Source: Anaerolineales bacterium (GTDB taxonomy: Bacteria > Chloroflexota > Anaerolineae > Anaerolineales > Villigracilaceae). Taken from it: a stretch of DNA of 64,000 bases. Every line of letters begins with the position of its first letter. Position 1 is the first letter of the stretch. The translations under genes were made by a program, and so were the position numbers. The DNA is taken from the NCBI GenBank assembly GCA_048499755.1, contig JASNZH010000015.1, positions 6,128-70,127 of the forward strand, written 5' to 3'. Under the pieces are notes generated by a model. It searched no databases, was not told the origin of the DNA, and was given only the letters and a program-made list of their open reading frames with translations. Below are positions 30,292 through 41,013 of the stretch, one piece after another.

Positions 30292-32049
30292 TCATCTCCT
30301 GCGACGGGCATGATGCAACCGGTCAGCGGCTTCTTCGGTCAGCGGGATGTAGACTTGAACCTTGGTGCCTTTACCCGGTTTTGAGTCGATCTGCAAAAGT
30401 CCGTTGACCAACTCGGAGCGTTCGCGCAAATTGACCATACCCAAACTGCTGCTCGAGCGTTTGTCGTAGGCTTCCGACACGGCTTTGACGTCGAAACCAA
30501 GTCCATTGTCCGCGATCTCCAGCAGGAGGACACCCAGCTCAAATTGCTGCAGGCGCACAAAAATGGATTCGGCGGCTGCATGTTTACGGGCGTTATTCAC
30601 CGCTTCATCGATGATGTAGAAGATAACGCCTTGTTTGCCCATTTCCAATTGTTGAGTCGCATTTTCGTCGATATCCACGACCACCTTCTGCGAGAAGGTC
30701 TCCATCATTTTATCTGCCATGGCTTGGATGGCAGCTTTCAACCCTTGCGATTCAAGGATGAGCGGACGCAAGGTAAAGAGCATGTGACGGATCTCTTTCG
30801 TCGTGCGATGCGCCAATTCCTCGAGTTTGACGATCTCATCCGTGGCCGCTTTGACATCTTTCGACAACATGCGTCTGGTGATGTTCAATCGCATCGCCAT
30901 CGCGGCGACAGATTGAGTGGGACCATCGTGCAAGTCGCGTGCCAGTTTTTTACGGGCTTCTTCGTACACTTCCGCCATGCGTTCTTTTTCTTCCACCAGA
31001 TCCTGATAGAGGCGTGCGTTTTGGATCGCAATGATGGATTGCCGTCCGATGATATCCAACAACTTGATACGTTCGGATGTGAAATAGTTAGGCTCGGGAT
31101 GTGCAAACAACAAAATACCGTACACGTTGAATCCGCTGCGCAAAGGGAAACAATAACCGCTGGTACAACTCCGCAAAGCAATGACACGTCCCAATTCGGG
31201 GTCGTAGCCAATATCTTTTAGCAAGACCGGCTCGCCATCATCCAAAGCGCGTTTGAGGACGCCTTCCGCCCCATCAAAGGTGACACGCATATCGGCGCTG
31301 GTGAAGCGTCGTGCCGAGCCGATGCGTAATTTTCCGCCGTGGAACAACATCACCACACCCACCAGCGGATCACTCGTGGTCGATTCTTCCACCTCGGGAT
31401 TCAGCGCCGCCGCACTCATGTCGAGAGCGGAATCCAGGACCCGTTTGTAGCTCAATGTGGAAGACAGCGTGGATGTCAGTTCATAAATGGCACGCATGCG
31501 TTCGTTTTGAATGGCGCGTTTCTTTTCTTCGGCATCGATCCACAAGGCGCGATTCTTGCGCATGTGCGCCATCAGGCTACGCCCCAAATAGCCGAAGATC
31601 ACCCCAAGCCCGATCAAGATGGATGCGATCACCACAGTCAGAGAAAAGTTTTCCTCAAGCTGCGATCCAGAATAAAAGACAAGTACGGCAAATAGAATGG
31701 ATGAAAACAATGCCCCTGCAAGTTCAAAATAGATCGAGCTGGTCAGGATGGGCATCAACCCCGCCCAGAATGCCGGTCCGCGGACGCCGCCCTGCCCCCA
31801 GAAAAACGCTCCCGCCAGAATCAGATCCACTACGACATTGAGGCGGCGATGATAAGTGGTGCGCAGGTTCAACCCCGCCATGGCGGTCATGCCCAAATTC
31901 CAGGCGATCATCAATCCCAACGGCCACGTCAGAGCCACCTCCAGCCGTTGACTCAGCCCAAGTGAAATAAATAAACCCACCACCATGATCCACCGGAGTG
32001 AAATGGCGAACCAGTCTGCCATGTAGGGGGTTTCAAATCGTTTCATCAT
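30292..32049 (-). CDS. membrane GAF-domain sensor histidine kinase (HisKA_3)
   Basis: N-terminal TM helices, GAF ending AIQNARLY, H-box RKKLARDLHDG, EAVNNARKH, IADNGLGF, LGMVNLRER. Confidence 0.92.
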   Translation of the reverse strand: MMKRFETPYMADWFAISLRWIMVVGLFISLGLSQRLEVALTWPLGLMIAWNLGMTAMAGLNLRTTYHRRLNVVVDLILAGAFFWGQGGVRGPAFWAGLMPILTSSIYFELAGALFSSILFAVLVFYSGSQLEENFSLTVVIASILIGLGVIFGYLGRSLMAHMRKNRALWIDAEEKKRAIQNERMRAIYELTSTLSSTLSYKRVLDSALDMSAAALNPEVEESTTSDPLVGVVMLFHGGKLRIGSARRFTSADMRVTFDGAEGVLKRALDDGEPVLLKDIGYDPELGRVIALRSCTSGYCFPLRSGFNVYGILLFAHPEPNYFTSERIKLLDIIGRQSIIAIQNARLYQDLVEEKERMAEVYEEARKKLARDLHDGPTQSVAAMAMRLNITRRMLSKDVKAATDEIVKLEELAHRTTKEIRHMLFTLRPLILESQGLKAAIQAMADKMMETFSQKVVVDIDENATQQLEMGKQGVIFYIIDEAVNNARKHAAAESIFVRLQQFELGVLLLEIADNGLGFDVKAVSEAYDKRSSSSLGMVNLRERSELVNGLLQIDSKPGKGTKVQVYIPLTEEAADRLHHARRRR

Positions 32050-32119
32050 TGTCTGTCACATCATAACGAAAAAAGAGGATAGCGACAACTTCTTCGACAT
32101 TACAGTCAAATTACACCTG

Positions 32120-32848
32120 TCACTTTTCGTACCCCATGCGTTCCAAATACCGGCTTAATTTCTCTGTCAGGATCGCTTTTTGCCCATCCGTATAGGATTC
32201 GCGGAATCTGCCGATCTTGCCCTTGTAGAAATGGAGTCCCTGCTGACTGTCGTTCGCGCCGGGGCGGTATCGCTCGATCACTGCGCGGACCTCGGGCTTG
32301 GTGCTGTCCAGTTTAAGGTAATTTACCAGTTTGGCTGATTCGACATCATAGTTTGTGAGCAGGTCTTCGTAGCGGGCGATGAGCACATTCTTTTCGCCCA
32401 TCCAACGCTCCCAGATGTGGACATATTCCAAAATGAAATCCAGACTCTTCTCAAAGTCTGAAAGATGCGAAAAAGCATTGGGACGTCCCTTGGCAAGCGC
32501 GCGCTGACCATAGTCAAAGGCGGAGAGCATCGCATCACGCGGGTCACGATAGATGTAGGTGATACGCAACAAGCCGAAATTAGTCAACAGGCGCGAGGTG
32601 CTTGTCGGCCCGGCGTGAGCTTTGATGACAAACGTATTCCCCATCAACGCAGGCAGGGTCACCATCGCCAACCGGCGCGGAGACAGGACACCGATATTGC
32701 AATTCACTTCGGTGAGTATTTTTTGCAGTCGATATTTTTCACGAATGTCACGCGCATCGGCACAGCCCGTGGTTTTCATCAGGTCGTGGATGAGGTTATA
32801 GTGCCAGCCCGACCCGGCGCGCGGCATCCCAACAGAGAGAACGATCAT
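32120..32848 (-). CDS. sulfotransferase family protein
   Basis: 5'-PSB GMPRAGSGW, 3'-PB YRDPRDAMLS, RYEDL, KGKIGRF. Confidence 0.85.
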   Translation of the reverse strand: MIVLSVGMPRAGSGWHYNLIHDLMKTTGCADARDIREKYRLQKILTEVNCNIGVLSPRRLAMVTLPALMGNTFVIKAHAGPTSTSRLLTNFGLLRITYIYRDPRDAMLSAFDYGQRALAKGRPNAFSHLSDFEKSLDFILEYVHIWERWMGEKNVLIARYEDLLTNYDVESAKLVNYLKLDSTKPEVRAVIERYRPGANDSQQGLHFYKGKIGRFRESYTDGQKAILTEKLSRYLERMGYEK

Positions 32849-34305
32849 GAAATTTCCTTGTTTTCGTGGAGTGCAAAGTCCCCAGACTTTGCCGAAAGCC
32901 CTACGAGAATCCCCGAAATCAACCAGATATTCGGAGTTGTAAACGAGTCCTGGGTGAAATTATACAGGGCGACTGCCACCCACGCAAATACTCCCGCAAT
33001 TGCGGCAAAGCGCGCCCAATGCTCCTGACGCTTGAACAGGGAAAGCGTTTCGCCCAGCAGGTTAAATTGGAATGCGATAAATAACACAAAGCCAATCAGT
33101 CCCGTCTCAGCCAGCAAACGCGCATACAGATTCTTCGGGTTTGGATACAACCGGCTCTCAGGACTCAACTGCCTGGCAATTTCTGGAACGGTGGTGAGTG
33201 ACCAATCTGGCAAGTTTTGATAGATGTAAAACCCGCTTCCGCCCAACCCGACACCTGTAAGTGGATACTCCTCAAAAGCTCCCATCGCTGCAAGAGAGTA
33301 CGCTCCGCGCGCACCCGCGTTGATATCCACAAGGTATTCACTCAGCGTATCCGCATTAGACTCCCACATGTTTCGGAAGAATTCTTTTTGCCCAAGGAAA
33401 ATAAACGTCCCAGCAATTACACCGACCAAAATCACCAGAATCCCAATCCGCAGGGAGAGAGAAGCAAAACGTCCATCACGAAATCCGTTGATAAACCACG
33501 TCCACATGGAATGCAATACATCACGTCCGAAGAGCAGCAGCATCAAGCCGGAAGTGCCAACCGTGATGAACAGTCCGCCGCGCGAGTAGGTGGCGAGCAA
33601 CACAAGGGTGGATAAAATCAATAAAGCAGGTTCCAGCCATCGCAGCGGTGTGACGCGGTACTTCGTCAAAACAGCAGCAAAAAGGAAGGGAAAAAATGTA
33701 GTCGCGATTTGTCCGGCAAGCCATGCTGGTTCATACGCCAAACCGGAGATGCGATTCGTGCGGACGAGTTCGCGCATCGAAAATGCCAGTTGCCAATGCG
33801 TGACCATTTCTTTGTCGAGCAAACCCGTGTAAAACGTGACGGCTTGCAAACCACTCCATGCCAGGTCAAGGCATAGACCGGCGAAAATCCATCGGGCGGT
33901 GAAGCGTAGATCAGCTTCGTTTTTGTTCATCCAGACCGCGCTGACAAAAAACGCAATGCCGATGAAAAGCGTCACCAAGGCGCGGATGGCGCGTCCGTCG
34001 TAGGTTTGTCCGCGCATGGGAACCGGATCGATAAGTGAACCAGCGCTGGCGGAGAAAACCGTGAACAATACGAACGCACCCAAGGCGACAAATGCGCCCG
34101 CCCAGTGAAGCGAAATCTTTTTCCGCCAAGCCTGCACGAGCAGCAATGGCAGCAAAAATGCCAGCGGATACAGCGCCAGCGGGCGGACGAGCGTGCTTTC
34201 GCCCAACCCCGGAAACCAGCGAAAACTGGTCACGGGCAGGGTAAGTAACGCTAGTCCCCACAAGAGGCGGGGAAGATTTTCGACGGAGAAGAATGATTTG
34301 TTCAT
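32845..34305 (-). CDS. O-antigen ligase/Wzy-like polytopic protein
   Basis: RISGLAYEP, TYSRGG, PLTGVGLG, PKNLYARLLAETGLIG (Wzy_C-like). Confidence 0.82.
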   Translation of the reverse strand: MNKSFFSVENLPRLLWGLALLTLPVTSFRWFPGLGESTLVRPLALYPLAFLLPLLLVQAWRKKISLHWAGAFVALGAFVLFTVFSASAGSLIDPVPMRGQTYDGRAIRALVTLFIGIAFFVSAVWMNKNEADLRFTARWIFAGLCLDLAWSGLQAVTFYTGLLDKEMVTHWQLAFSMRELVRTNRISGLAYEPAWLAGQIATTFFPFLFAAVLTKYRVTPLRWLEPALLILSTLVLLATYSRGGLFITVGTSGLMLLLFGRDVLHSMWTWFINGFRDGRFASLSLRIGILVILVGVIAGTFIFLGQKEFFRNMWESNADTLSEYLVDINAGARGAYSLAAMGAFEEYPLTGVGLGGSGFYIYQNLPDWSLTTVPEIARQLSPESRLYPNPKNLYARLLAETGLIGFVLFIAFQFNLLGETLSLFKRQEHWARFAAIAGVFAWVAVALYNFTQDSFTTPNIWLISGILVGLSAKSGDFALHENKEIS

Positions 34306-34322
34306 TCAGAAGATTCGATCTG

Positions 34323-34931
34323 TTACTGTCCCATTCGCTTCGGCTTGACGAACAAGACGACAAACACAGCCAGCAGCAAAAATCCGCTCACGCCGGTGAA
34401 CAAATAATTAGCAGGAGGAATACTGCGCTCTTTGGGCAAATCTGCGGACTGGGTCACTTCAAGTTTGACGAACTCATTGATATTGCCCGCGGCAATATCC
34501 GCTTGGACAGCTTCGACAAAAGCATTCGCCCAGGCTGAAGCCAATTCTTCCGCTTGGTTTGGGTCATGGTCATCAGCGAAGAAATGCCAACCCGCTTCAG
34601 CCGGTTGCGAGAGATTCAACCTTCCGGCACGGAGTTCTTCAATGGGCGCATCCAATTGTCCCATCACTTCATCTGACCAGGCAATCTCGACGATTTTGCG
34701 AACTTCACGCTCCAGATAATAGAACTGCTGACGGTCAGTTTCCTGCGGCCAGGCTTGCTCAAGATTGAAATCCACGTTGACGACGGCGCGGGCACGATAC
34801 GGCGGCGGCGCAACAAAATAGACTGCCGCGCCAAGCAATGCACCGATCAATGCACCGAGCACCCAAAAGCGCCATGCCTTGAGCAGGCGGATGAGGTCTT
34901 CGAGAGAGGGGGAGGAAAAGAGATAATTCAT
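34323..34931 (-). CDS. Wzz/CapA-like chain-length or co-polymerase protein
   Basis: Two terminal TM helices, PPPYRARA after TM1, DHDPNQAEELASAWA. Confidence 0.6.
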   Translation of the reverse strand: MNYLFSSPSLEDLIRLLKAWRFWVLGALIGALLGAAVYFVAPPPYRARAVVNVDFNLEQAWPQETDRQQFYYLEREVRKIVEIAWSDEVMGQLDAPIEELRAGRLNLSQPAEAGWHFFADDHDPNQAEELASAWANAFVEAVQADIAAGNINEFVKLEVTQSADLPKERSIPPANYLFTGVSGFLLLAVFVVLFVKPKRMGQ

Positions 34932-34960
34932 TTTAGGTCTACAAACTTACCGATCACCAT

Positions 34961-35770
34961 TTATTTCTTTATCCGCCATTTCCACAGCGGACCAATAATC
35001 TTCCTTAAGTAATATTTTGCCACGATTGGCGCAAAAAAACTTCCACCATCGCGATAATGAACACGCAGCATTTCTTTCCAGCCACGCTCATCATTGACAT
35101 TGGTTTTGCTCGAAGTATGAATCCGAAAATTTGCCCACGTTTTACCGGGCAGATATTTGATAGGCGCATATTTGGCGATCCGCACCCACAGGTCATAGTC
35201 CATCGCAAAATAAAAAGATGGATCAAGCGGTCCGAGTTCCTTCCAATATTTTGCGCGAAAGAACATCGTCTGCTGTGGGATGTGGACATACCCGCTTCGC
35301 AATTTCTGATAATCCGTCTGACGCGAAGCGAACTCGCCAATCACCCGCCCCTGCTCGTCGATGAAATCACAATCCGCGTACACCATCGCCACATCAGGAT
35401 TTTCCATCAGGAACAGAACTGCTTCTCCCACAGCTTTGGGATGATAGGTATCATCCGAGTTCAACCATGCAAGGATGTCACCATTGGCGCGCGCAAAGCC
35501 CTTATTGATCGCATCGGTCTGACCCTTGTCCGATTCGCTGACCCACGAGTGGATACGATGCCGATAGTTCCCCGACGACAAACTGTCTGACGCTAAAGTA
35601 TATTTCTTGATAATGTCCACGCTGCCATCGGTCGAACCACCGTCGATAACGATGTATTCGATGTTGGGGTAATCCTGTCGCAGCACAGATTGGATCGTCG
35701 CCTCGAGATACTCAGCCTGATTGAACGATGGCGTGATAATGGAAACAAGGGGCAAGGCGGGCGGCTTCAT
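34961..35770 (-). CDS. GT2 glycosyltransferase
   Basis: VSIITPSFNQ, IDGGSTDGS, AINKGF, WLNSDD, MDYDLW. Confidence 0.93.
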   Translation of the reverse strand: MKPPALPLVSIITPSFNQAEYLEATIQSVLRQDYPNIEYIVIDGGSTDGSVDIIKKYTLASDSLSSGNYRHRIHSWVSESDKGQTDAINKGFARANGDILAWLNSDDTYHPKAVGEAVLFLMENPDVAMVYADCDFIDEQGRVIGEFASRQTDYQKLRSGYVHIPQQTMFFRAKYWKELGPLDPSFYFAMDYDLWVRIAKYAPIKYLPGKTWANFRIHTSSKTNVNDERGWKEMLRVHYRDGGSFFAPIVAKYYLRKIIGPLWKWRIKK

Positions 35771-35796
35771 AAAGTTTGCTCAATCGTGAGCAGAAG

Positions 35797-36738
35797 TTAC
35801 TTCCATTCTTCATCCGAATAAAATGACTCAGACACGCCTTCCGTCAACTTGCGGACGCGGGAAATCTCTTCAGGAGCGAGGATTTTCTTCCAGTTATCAA
35901 GGTTGGCGCGGCTGTCAAGTTTGACAGAATGGGTCTTGTTCTTTGCCAGTTTAGTAGGATTCTCGGAACTGCTCGAGTTTTGGATAATGTCCTTGACGTG
36001 CTCAGTAAAACTCAAGCCTAGGTTTTTATACAAAGCCCGATACCCGCCCATGGGGTCAAGGGAAAGGTCTTCGTGGCGCACCACCTGAAATTGCGGAAAA
36101 GACTCCTTCGTCGAATGAACGAAGCGATAGATGATCTTCCACAGCAACGCCGCCTGCCCAATGATGTCATCTTTCGGCATGGACTCCATTGCAACGCGGT
36201 CAGCTTCCAAATGATCGCGCATGAAAAGCGGCTGGTTTAGGAAATTATCAAAATCGAAATTCCAACCAAGGCGTTTAAGGCTGCCGACAAATCCGCCGGG
36301 GTGACGGGCTGTGATAACAACTTGGCAATTGAGTCTCTTTGCAAACCAGGGTGTGGAGAAAACTGCAAATGGGTCTTTGATTAGCGCACGTTGACCATGC
36401 ATGCTGCCATTGAAAAAAATACGGAAGTCACGCCCCATACGCAAAAAGTCTTTGACCGAGCGAAGCGATTTGATCTCCAACAGGAGATGATATTGAAAGT
36501 CCAATAATTCATGAAAAGCTGGCAGATATTCTGCTTCGTTCTCTTCGGTGATGTAGGTGTACCAATGTTTGACGGGCACGCGATACACGCCGGGGCGATG
36601 AAGTACATTGAGCGGCTCACTGATATAGGCAGTATCTGCGTCAGCAGCAAGCATTCTGCCAACCCAGGTGGTGCCACTACGGTGTGAACCAGTGACGAGA
36701 ATGGGGGTTAGTTCATTCGCTGAAGTAATAGAGGACAT
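35797..36738 (-). CDS. sulfotransferase family protein
   Basis: LVTGSHRSGTTW, EP, IKDP, RHP..FVGS, RHEDL. Confidence 0.85.
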   Translation of the reverse strand: MSSITSANELTPILVTGSHRSGTTWVGRMLAADADTAYISEPLNVLHRPGVYRVPVKHWYTYITEENEAEYLPAFHELLDFQYHLLLEIKSLRSVKDFLRMGRDFRIFFNGSMHGQRALIKDPFAVFSTPWFAKRLNCQVVITARHPGGFVGSLKRLGWNFDFDNFLNQPLFMRDHLEADRVAMESMPKDDIIGQAALLWKIIYRFVHSTKESFPQFQVVRHEDLSLDPMGGYRALYKNLGLSFTEHVKDIIQNSSSSENPTKLAKNKTHSVKLDSRANLDNWKKILAPEEISRVRKLTEGVSESFYSDEEWK

Positions 36739-38173
36739 CTTCTTCTTCCACGGAGATTGCGGTTATCGAATGGACATCGTAGTATTGTGCCGCACATTGG
36801 TTAACCCAGAAATATGAGCGCACATCCAATTCTTTTGTGCCTTCATAACCATCCAGTGCGGGGATGACAAGATCAGTTTCACCTTCGGCTTTGAAGTTGT
36901 AGATCATGACTTCGCGCTCATCCCAACGCAGGGCGAACAAACGACGGAACTCATGGGTAGCCAAGGGCTGACGCACCATCCAGAAGGGATAAAGCAATAC
37001 AATGGCAGACGTCAGGGCAACTACATAACGAACAAATCTTGGGAACTTCACATAGGATAGCACATATCCGCCACAGATTCCGAGGGCAGATAGGGCAATC
37101 GTCAAAATGAAATGTGCGGGAAAGCGGACGCGTTCCACCGGATAAGACTGTCCATAGGCGCTGGGAGCAAAGGAGGCGAAAATCAGCGCATACGCAAGGA
37201 TGGGTATGAGCAGAAAAAGCCAGGCAACACGCGGATTAAAATCGCCTTTTTCACACTCAATAAAAAACAGGAATGAGAGTAAGGTGGAAATTCCGGTTAG
37301 TACAATGATTGGAAGGGGCAATGTGGTTACAGCAATTCGCAAGAATAACAGGGCATATTCCAATGCGCGGGCGAGAACTCCAATGGGGGTAGGAACTGCC
37401 CTCTCAGGGTTGATGCGGATCGCATTAGCCGGCGAAAATAACATGGCAATCAAAGCAATCAATGCGCCAATGAGCAGGGCGATCATCAATGTCAATGCAG
37501 GCTTGCGGCGCGGGGATTTATCAAAAAGAAAAACCGCTGCAATTGCAACAGAGAGAATGGCAATATGCAGAGCCCCCAACGTTTCGGAAAGTCCGCCAAT
37601 GAAGAATGCAAGAAAGGTAAAAAGGACAACCACTGGAGGAGTCGCTTTCCGTTCGTGGACAATCTTTACCAGCCAAGCAATAAGCAGTGTAAAGAAAACA
37701 ACTGGCGTGAGATAGGTGACTTGTCCGGGACGCCAATAGAGAACCTGGAATATATTGGGAGTGGTAAAGAAAGAGAAAAGGACGATAATTTCAGCGGTGA
37801 AAAATAAAATGAGGCGATCAAGTTTCAGGTCGAAAAGCTTATTCAACTCATTAAACAGCCAGTATAGTCCTCCCACCCATACGATGGCATGCAGGGCAGG
37901 GACGAAGGCGATGTTATCCGGAAAAAGTTCCCAGAATCCCAGCACAAACAGATTGGAAAAACGATTGGACCCAGTTAGGTATTTATCCCAACTGGATGTG
38001 AAGACATCATTGAATTTCAAGTCCACCAACAAACAATAATCATCTGCCATGTAACGGGAAAATATACCCAGGTAAGCATAAACGGCAAGGGTGGTCGTTG
38101 TGGCAAGAATACCAAGCCAGACAAGGTAGGTTAAGATTTTTTTAGAGGGAAAAGACATTTTATGTTTTATCAA
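36713..38173 (-). CDS. polytopic membrane protein, GT-C-like (DUF6056-like)
   Basis: RYMADDY after TM1, about 12 TM helices, FSPAN.IR, C-terminal WVNQCAAQYY. Confidence 0.65.
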   Translation of the reverse strand: MIKHKMSFPSKKILTYLVWLGILATTTTLAVYAYLGIFSRYMADDYCLLVDLKFNDVFTSSWDKYLTGSNRFSNLFVLGFWELFPDNIAFVPALHAIVWVGGLYWLFNELNKLFDLKLDRLILFFTAEIIVLFSFFTTPNIFQVLYWRPGQVTYLTPVVFFTLLIAWLVKIVHERKATPPVVVLFTFLAFFIGGLSETLGALHIAILSVAIAAVFLFDKSPRRKPALTLMIALLIGALIALIAMLFSPANAIRINPERAVPTPIGVLARALEYALLFLRIAVTTLPLPIIVLTGISTLLSFLFFIECEKGDFNPRVAWLFLLIPILAYALIFASFAPSAYGQSYPVERVRFPAHFILTIALSALGICGGYVLSYVKFPRFVRYVVALTSAIVLLYPFWMVRQPLATHEFRRLFALRWDEREVMIYNFKAEGETDLVIPALDGYEGTKELDVRSYFWVNQCAAQYYDVHSITAISVEEEDVLYYFSE

Positions 38174-38190
38174 TCATCCGTGAAACACGG

Positions 38191-39687
38191 TTAATCTTGC
38201 ATCAAGTTGTAAACCACATACCCATCTCCATCTGCAAAGATGGGATAGGATTCCAACTTTGCTTTGAGAAGGGGTTGGCGGGCGAGGTCGTTGAAGTCGG
38301 TGACGAGGAAGAGGTCTTTCTTTGCGGTAATCTCTGCGAATTGTTCTTCAAGGTCGCGAGACCCGCCGCGCTCAGTGCTATATAACAGGTCACCGTACGC
38401 GGGCCAAGAAGTAATAGTACGCCAGCCAAAATAGGCGACACGCGCGCCATAATCCTGCGTGAGACCGGCCAAATTATACCCGTCTGTGACGTGACTGATT
38501 TCTGCCCACATGGCGGCTTCGGGACGATAATCGACGGCATTAAGCTGATTGCGCGTGTTCCAAATGACAGCAATGAGACCAAATCCCAAAAATAAGAAAG
38601 CGGAGAAACGCAAGAGTTTTGTGGATGTAAGTTCGGCAAGTTTCGCAAAGAAAAATTCGGCAAGCGGAGCAAGAGACAGCGCCGCAATTGGAATCAACGG
38701 CAGCGAGTAATAGTCATGGGTGGAGATGTGATAGTTAAAGTAAAGCCCAAAGGTGGCGTACCCAATCCAAAGTCCAAGAAGGAAGCGACGCTTTTTCTCA
38801 TCAAAGAACAGGAATCCAAGCAAAGCCAGCATCAAGACCAATCCGCCCATGACCAGGTTGAGCATATTCATCCAACCGAGATAATATGAGGGACTCAAAA
38901 ATAGCGTTGGAATAAAACGTCCACTGAATTGCTGACCAAGATACCCGGCAATGAAGATGCCATAGATGAGATACGCCGCGCCGGGCAGGATTCCCAGAAG
39001 CGCCATGACATAGACCTGCGGATTCTTGAGCGCCTCTTTGATGGACCCGCGGCTGAGTACCGCTCCCAAGCCTCCGCCAACAATGAAGAAAACCGCTGGA
39101 AATTTGATGAAGATGGCAAACCCGCCAAAGAGACCGGCGAGGATCACAAAGATCCATCTCGAGTTATGAGACCATTCCCAGATCGCCCACAGAAATATGA
39201 TGATAAGCATCGTCATGAGCGGATCAGGTTGGAAGCTGCGACTGGCGATGATGGCGTATGGCAGGAAGAGATACACAGCTGTAGTGGCAATAGCTCCATC
39301 GTCTGAGGTGAGGCGACGTGCCAACAAATAGAGAAAGACTCCCCCGATGATCCAAAACGCGAACGAGTAAATGCGTGCGATCCAAACCTGCTCGCCAGTG
39401 AATTGATACGTCCACGCAACAAGGCGTTCGAAGAATTCCGGCTCGACCGAGGCGCGAAACTTCCATTGCTGGATGGCAAAGGCGCGTTCTTCAGAAGAGA
39501 CATCAGTACGGGTCTCGTAGTACATGCCGCGCGCTTTGAGCGCCGAAAGCAATTGACGAGTGGAATGGAATTCCAGCGGCAGGTCGGTCAGATCGTACAG
39601 ACGGATGGCGATTCCGAGGGCAAAAATGACAAAAAGTGCGATGTTTCGGGCTATTTTTGTGGAGAAAAGGGAGGTCTGTTCCTGCAT
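38191..39687 (-). CDS. GT39/ArnT-PMT-like GT-C glycosyltransferase
   Basis: RLYDLTDLPLEFH..RQ, EP, SRSFQPDPLM, IK, HDYY; many TM helices. Confidence 0.8.
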   Translation of the reverse strand: MQEQTSLFSTKIARNIALFVIFALGIAIRLYDLTDLPLEFHSTRQLLSALKARGMYYETRTDVSSEERAFAIQQWKFRASVEPEFFERLVAWTYQFTGEQVWIARIYSFAFWIIGGVFLYLLARRLTSDDGAIATTAVYLFLPYAIIASRSFQPDPLMTMLIIIFLWAIWEWSHNSRWIFVILAGLFGGFAIFIKFPAVFFIVGGGLGAVLSRGSIKEALKNPQVYVMALLGILPGAAYLIYGIFIAGYLGQQFSGRFIPTLFLSPSYYLGWMNMLNLVMGGLVLMLALLGFLFFDEKKRRFLLGLWIGYATFGLYFNYHISTHDYYSLPLIPIAALSLAPLAEFFFAKLAELTSTKLLRFSAFLFLGFGLIAVIWNTRNQLNAVDYRPEAAMWAEISHVTDGYNLAGLTQDYGARVAYFGWRTITSWPAYGDLLYSTERGGSRDLEEQFAEITAKKDLFLVTDFNDLARQPLLKAKLESYPIFADGDGYVVYNLMQD

Positions 39688-39755
39688 AAGGCGGGGGTAA
39701 TTGTAACGTAGTTTTATGAGGGGAAAATTGGGAGCGCGGGTATAATTTTTCAAAT

Positions 39756-40706
39756 TTGATGAAATCCCTCACCCAATCCGCGGAACAGTTCCATGCACTG
39801 ACAGAAGGGCAATGCCGCCCGCAGAATGCGGCGCTGACTTTCATGGTCAGTCAAGATATTCGCGCGTTGGATCAATACTTCCCCATCGTCAACATGCTTT
39901 CCGAGTCACAAACCGAAGCGTTTCACCAACTCATTCGGCAGGTTGCAGAACATCCTCACTTCGACCTGAGACTCATCGGCAAAAACAAAACCGACCTCAC
40001 CCATCAAACACCAAATGTTGTGCGGTATCTCATCGCCGGACATCTCGCGGAAGTTTTCTTCTTTCGACAAAACCTGCTGGCGCGTTTCCTGCACACCCCG
40101 CGTCACTTTCAAATTTACGTCACACCCGAAGCTTTTCAACTGGATGGCGGCGTGAGCGGCGGCTGTTACAGTCCATCACGTCAAAGCATTCAACTCGTCA
40201 TGTCGCGCCTGTTCGAAGGCTTCAACGGCACCAAGCCGGGTGTGTGTCCGTTTCTGCACGAGCTGGGGCACATGCTCGATCACTTCGATGCAGGCTCTGG
40301 GTCGATGGGAAGAAGCGAGGGGTTATATCCGGGATTAAGTCCACGCGATGGCGAATGGTTCAATCCGCGCGCGAGAGAACTCTTCATCGCAGGCAAGCGC
40401 ATCGAACTGGACCGATACCGGATGCGACAAACCGGAGATGTCTCTCACCCGATGCCGATTGGGCATCCATATGTGTTTCAAAATGACGGCGAATTCTTAG
40501 CCGGGTATTTGGAGATGTTCTTCCGCAATCCGCATTATTTCGCCGCACAGAACCCTGACCTGTATGCGGCGTACTGTGAACTTTTCGGGTATGATCCACG
40601 CAACGCCTGGACGGAAGACTTCCCCCACTACGTCAACGCAAACCGGAGCTTTTACCTAAGCGGACAGACGCCATCAAAAACGAGGCTGACGATCCCAAAA
40701 CTTTAA
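39756..40706 (+). CDS. MtfA/M90-like zinc-dependent peptidase
   Basis: HELGHMLD (HEXXH) and EFLAGYLEMFFRNP..F...PDLY; TATAAT at 39741. Confidence 0.75.
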   Translation: MMKSLTQSAEQFHALTEGQCRPQNAALTFMVSQDIRALDQYFPIVNMLSESQTEAFHQLIRQVAEHPHFDLRLIGKNKTDLTHQTPNVVRYLIAGHLAEVFFFRQNLLARFLHTPRHFQIYVTPEAFQLDGGVSGGCYSPSRQSIQLVMSRLFEGFNGTKPGVCPFLHELGHMLDHFDAGSGSMGRSEGLYPGLSPRDGEWFNPRARELFIAGKRIELDRYRMRQTGDVSHPMPIGHPYVFQNDGEFLAGYLEMFFRNPHYFAAQNPDLYAAYCELFGYDPRNAWTEDFPHYVNANRSFYLSGQTPSKTRLTIPKL

Positions 40707-40719
40707 ACCGGAGCGGCTT

Positions 40720-41013
40720 ATGAAACAGGATGAGTTCGTGATATTTGCCGAGTTGGACAGGGAGAAATTCGAAGACATCCTCGAAAGGCTGATGAAGTTC
40801 TTTCAGATGGTTCAGTTTGGCAGGCAGGGCGATGACTGGATCTGGGTACACTTCCCCGATGGTAAGATCGACATCGACACCTTCACTTCAGAGCATTTGC
40901 AGGTCAAGGGCAAAAAGACCCAGCAAAAATCTGCCAAGGAAATCCTGGATTATTTGGAAAGGGATTGGATTTTGAAAAAGTTCAATCCGCCGCAGGCAGA
41001 CTTAACTCGATAA
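40720..41013 (+). CDS. hypothetical protein
   Basis: 97-aa ORF with a GGAG SD directly after the peptidase. Confidence 0.6.
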   Translation: MKQDEFVIFAELDREKFEDILERLMKFFQMVQFGRQGDDWIWVHFPDGKIDIDTFTSEHLQVKGKKTQQKSAKEILDYLERDWILKKFNPPQADLTR

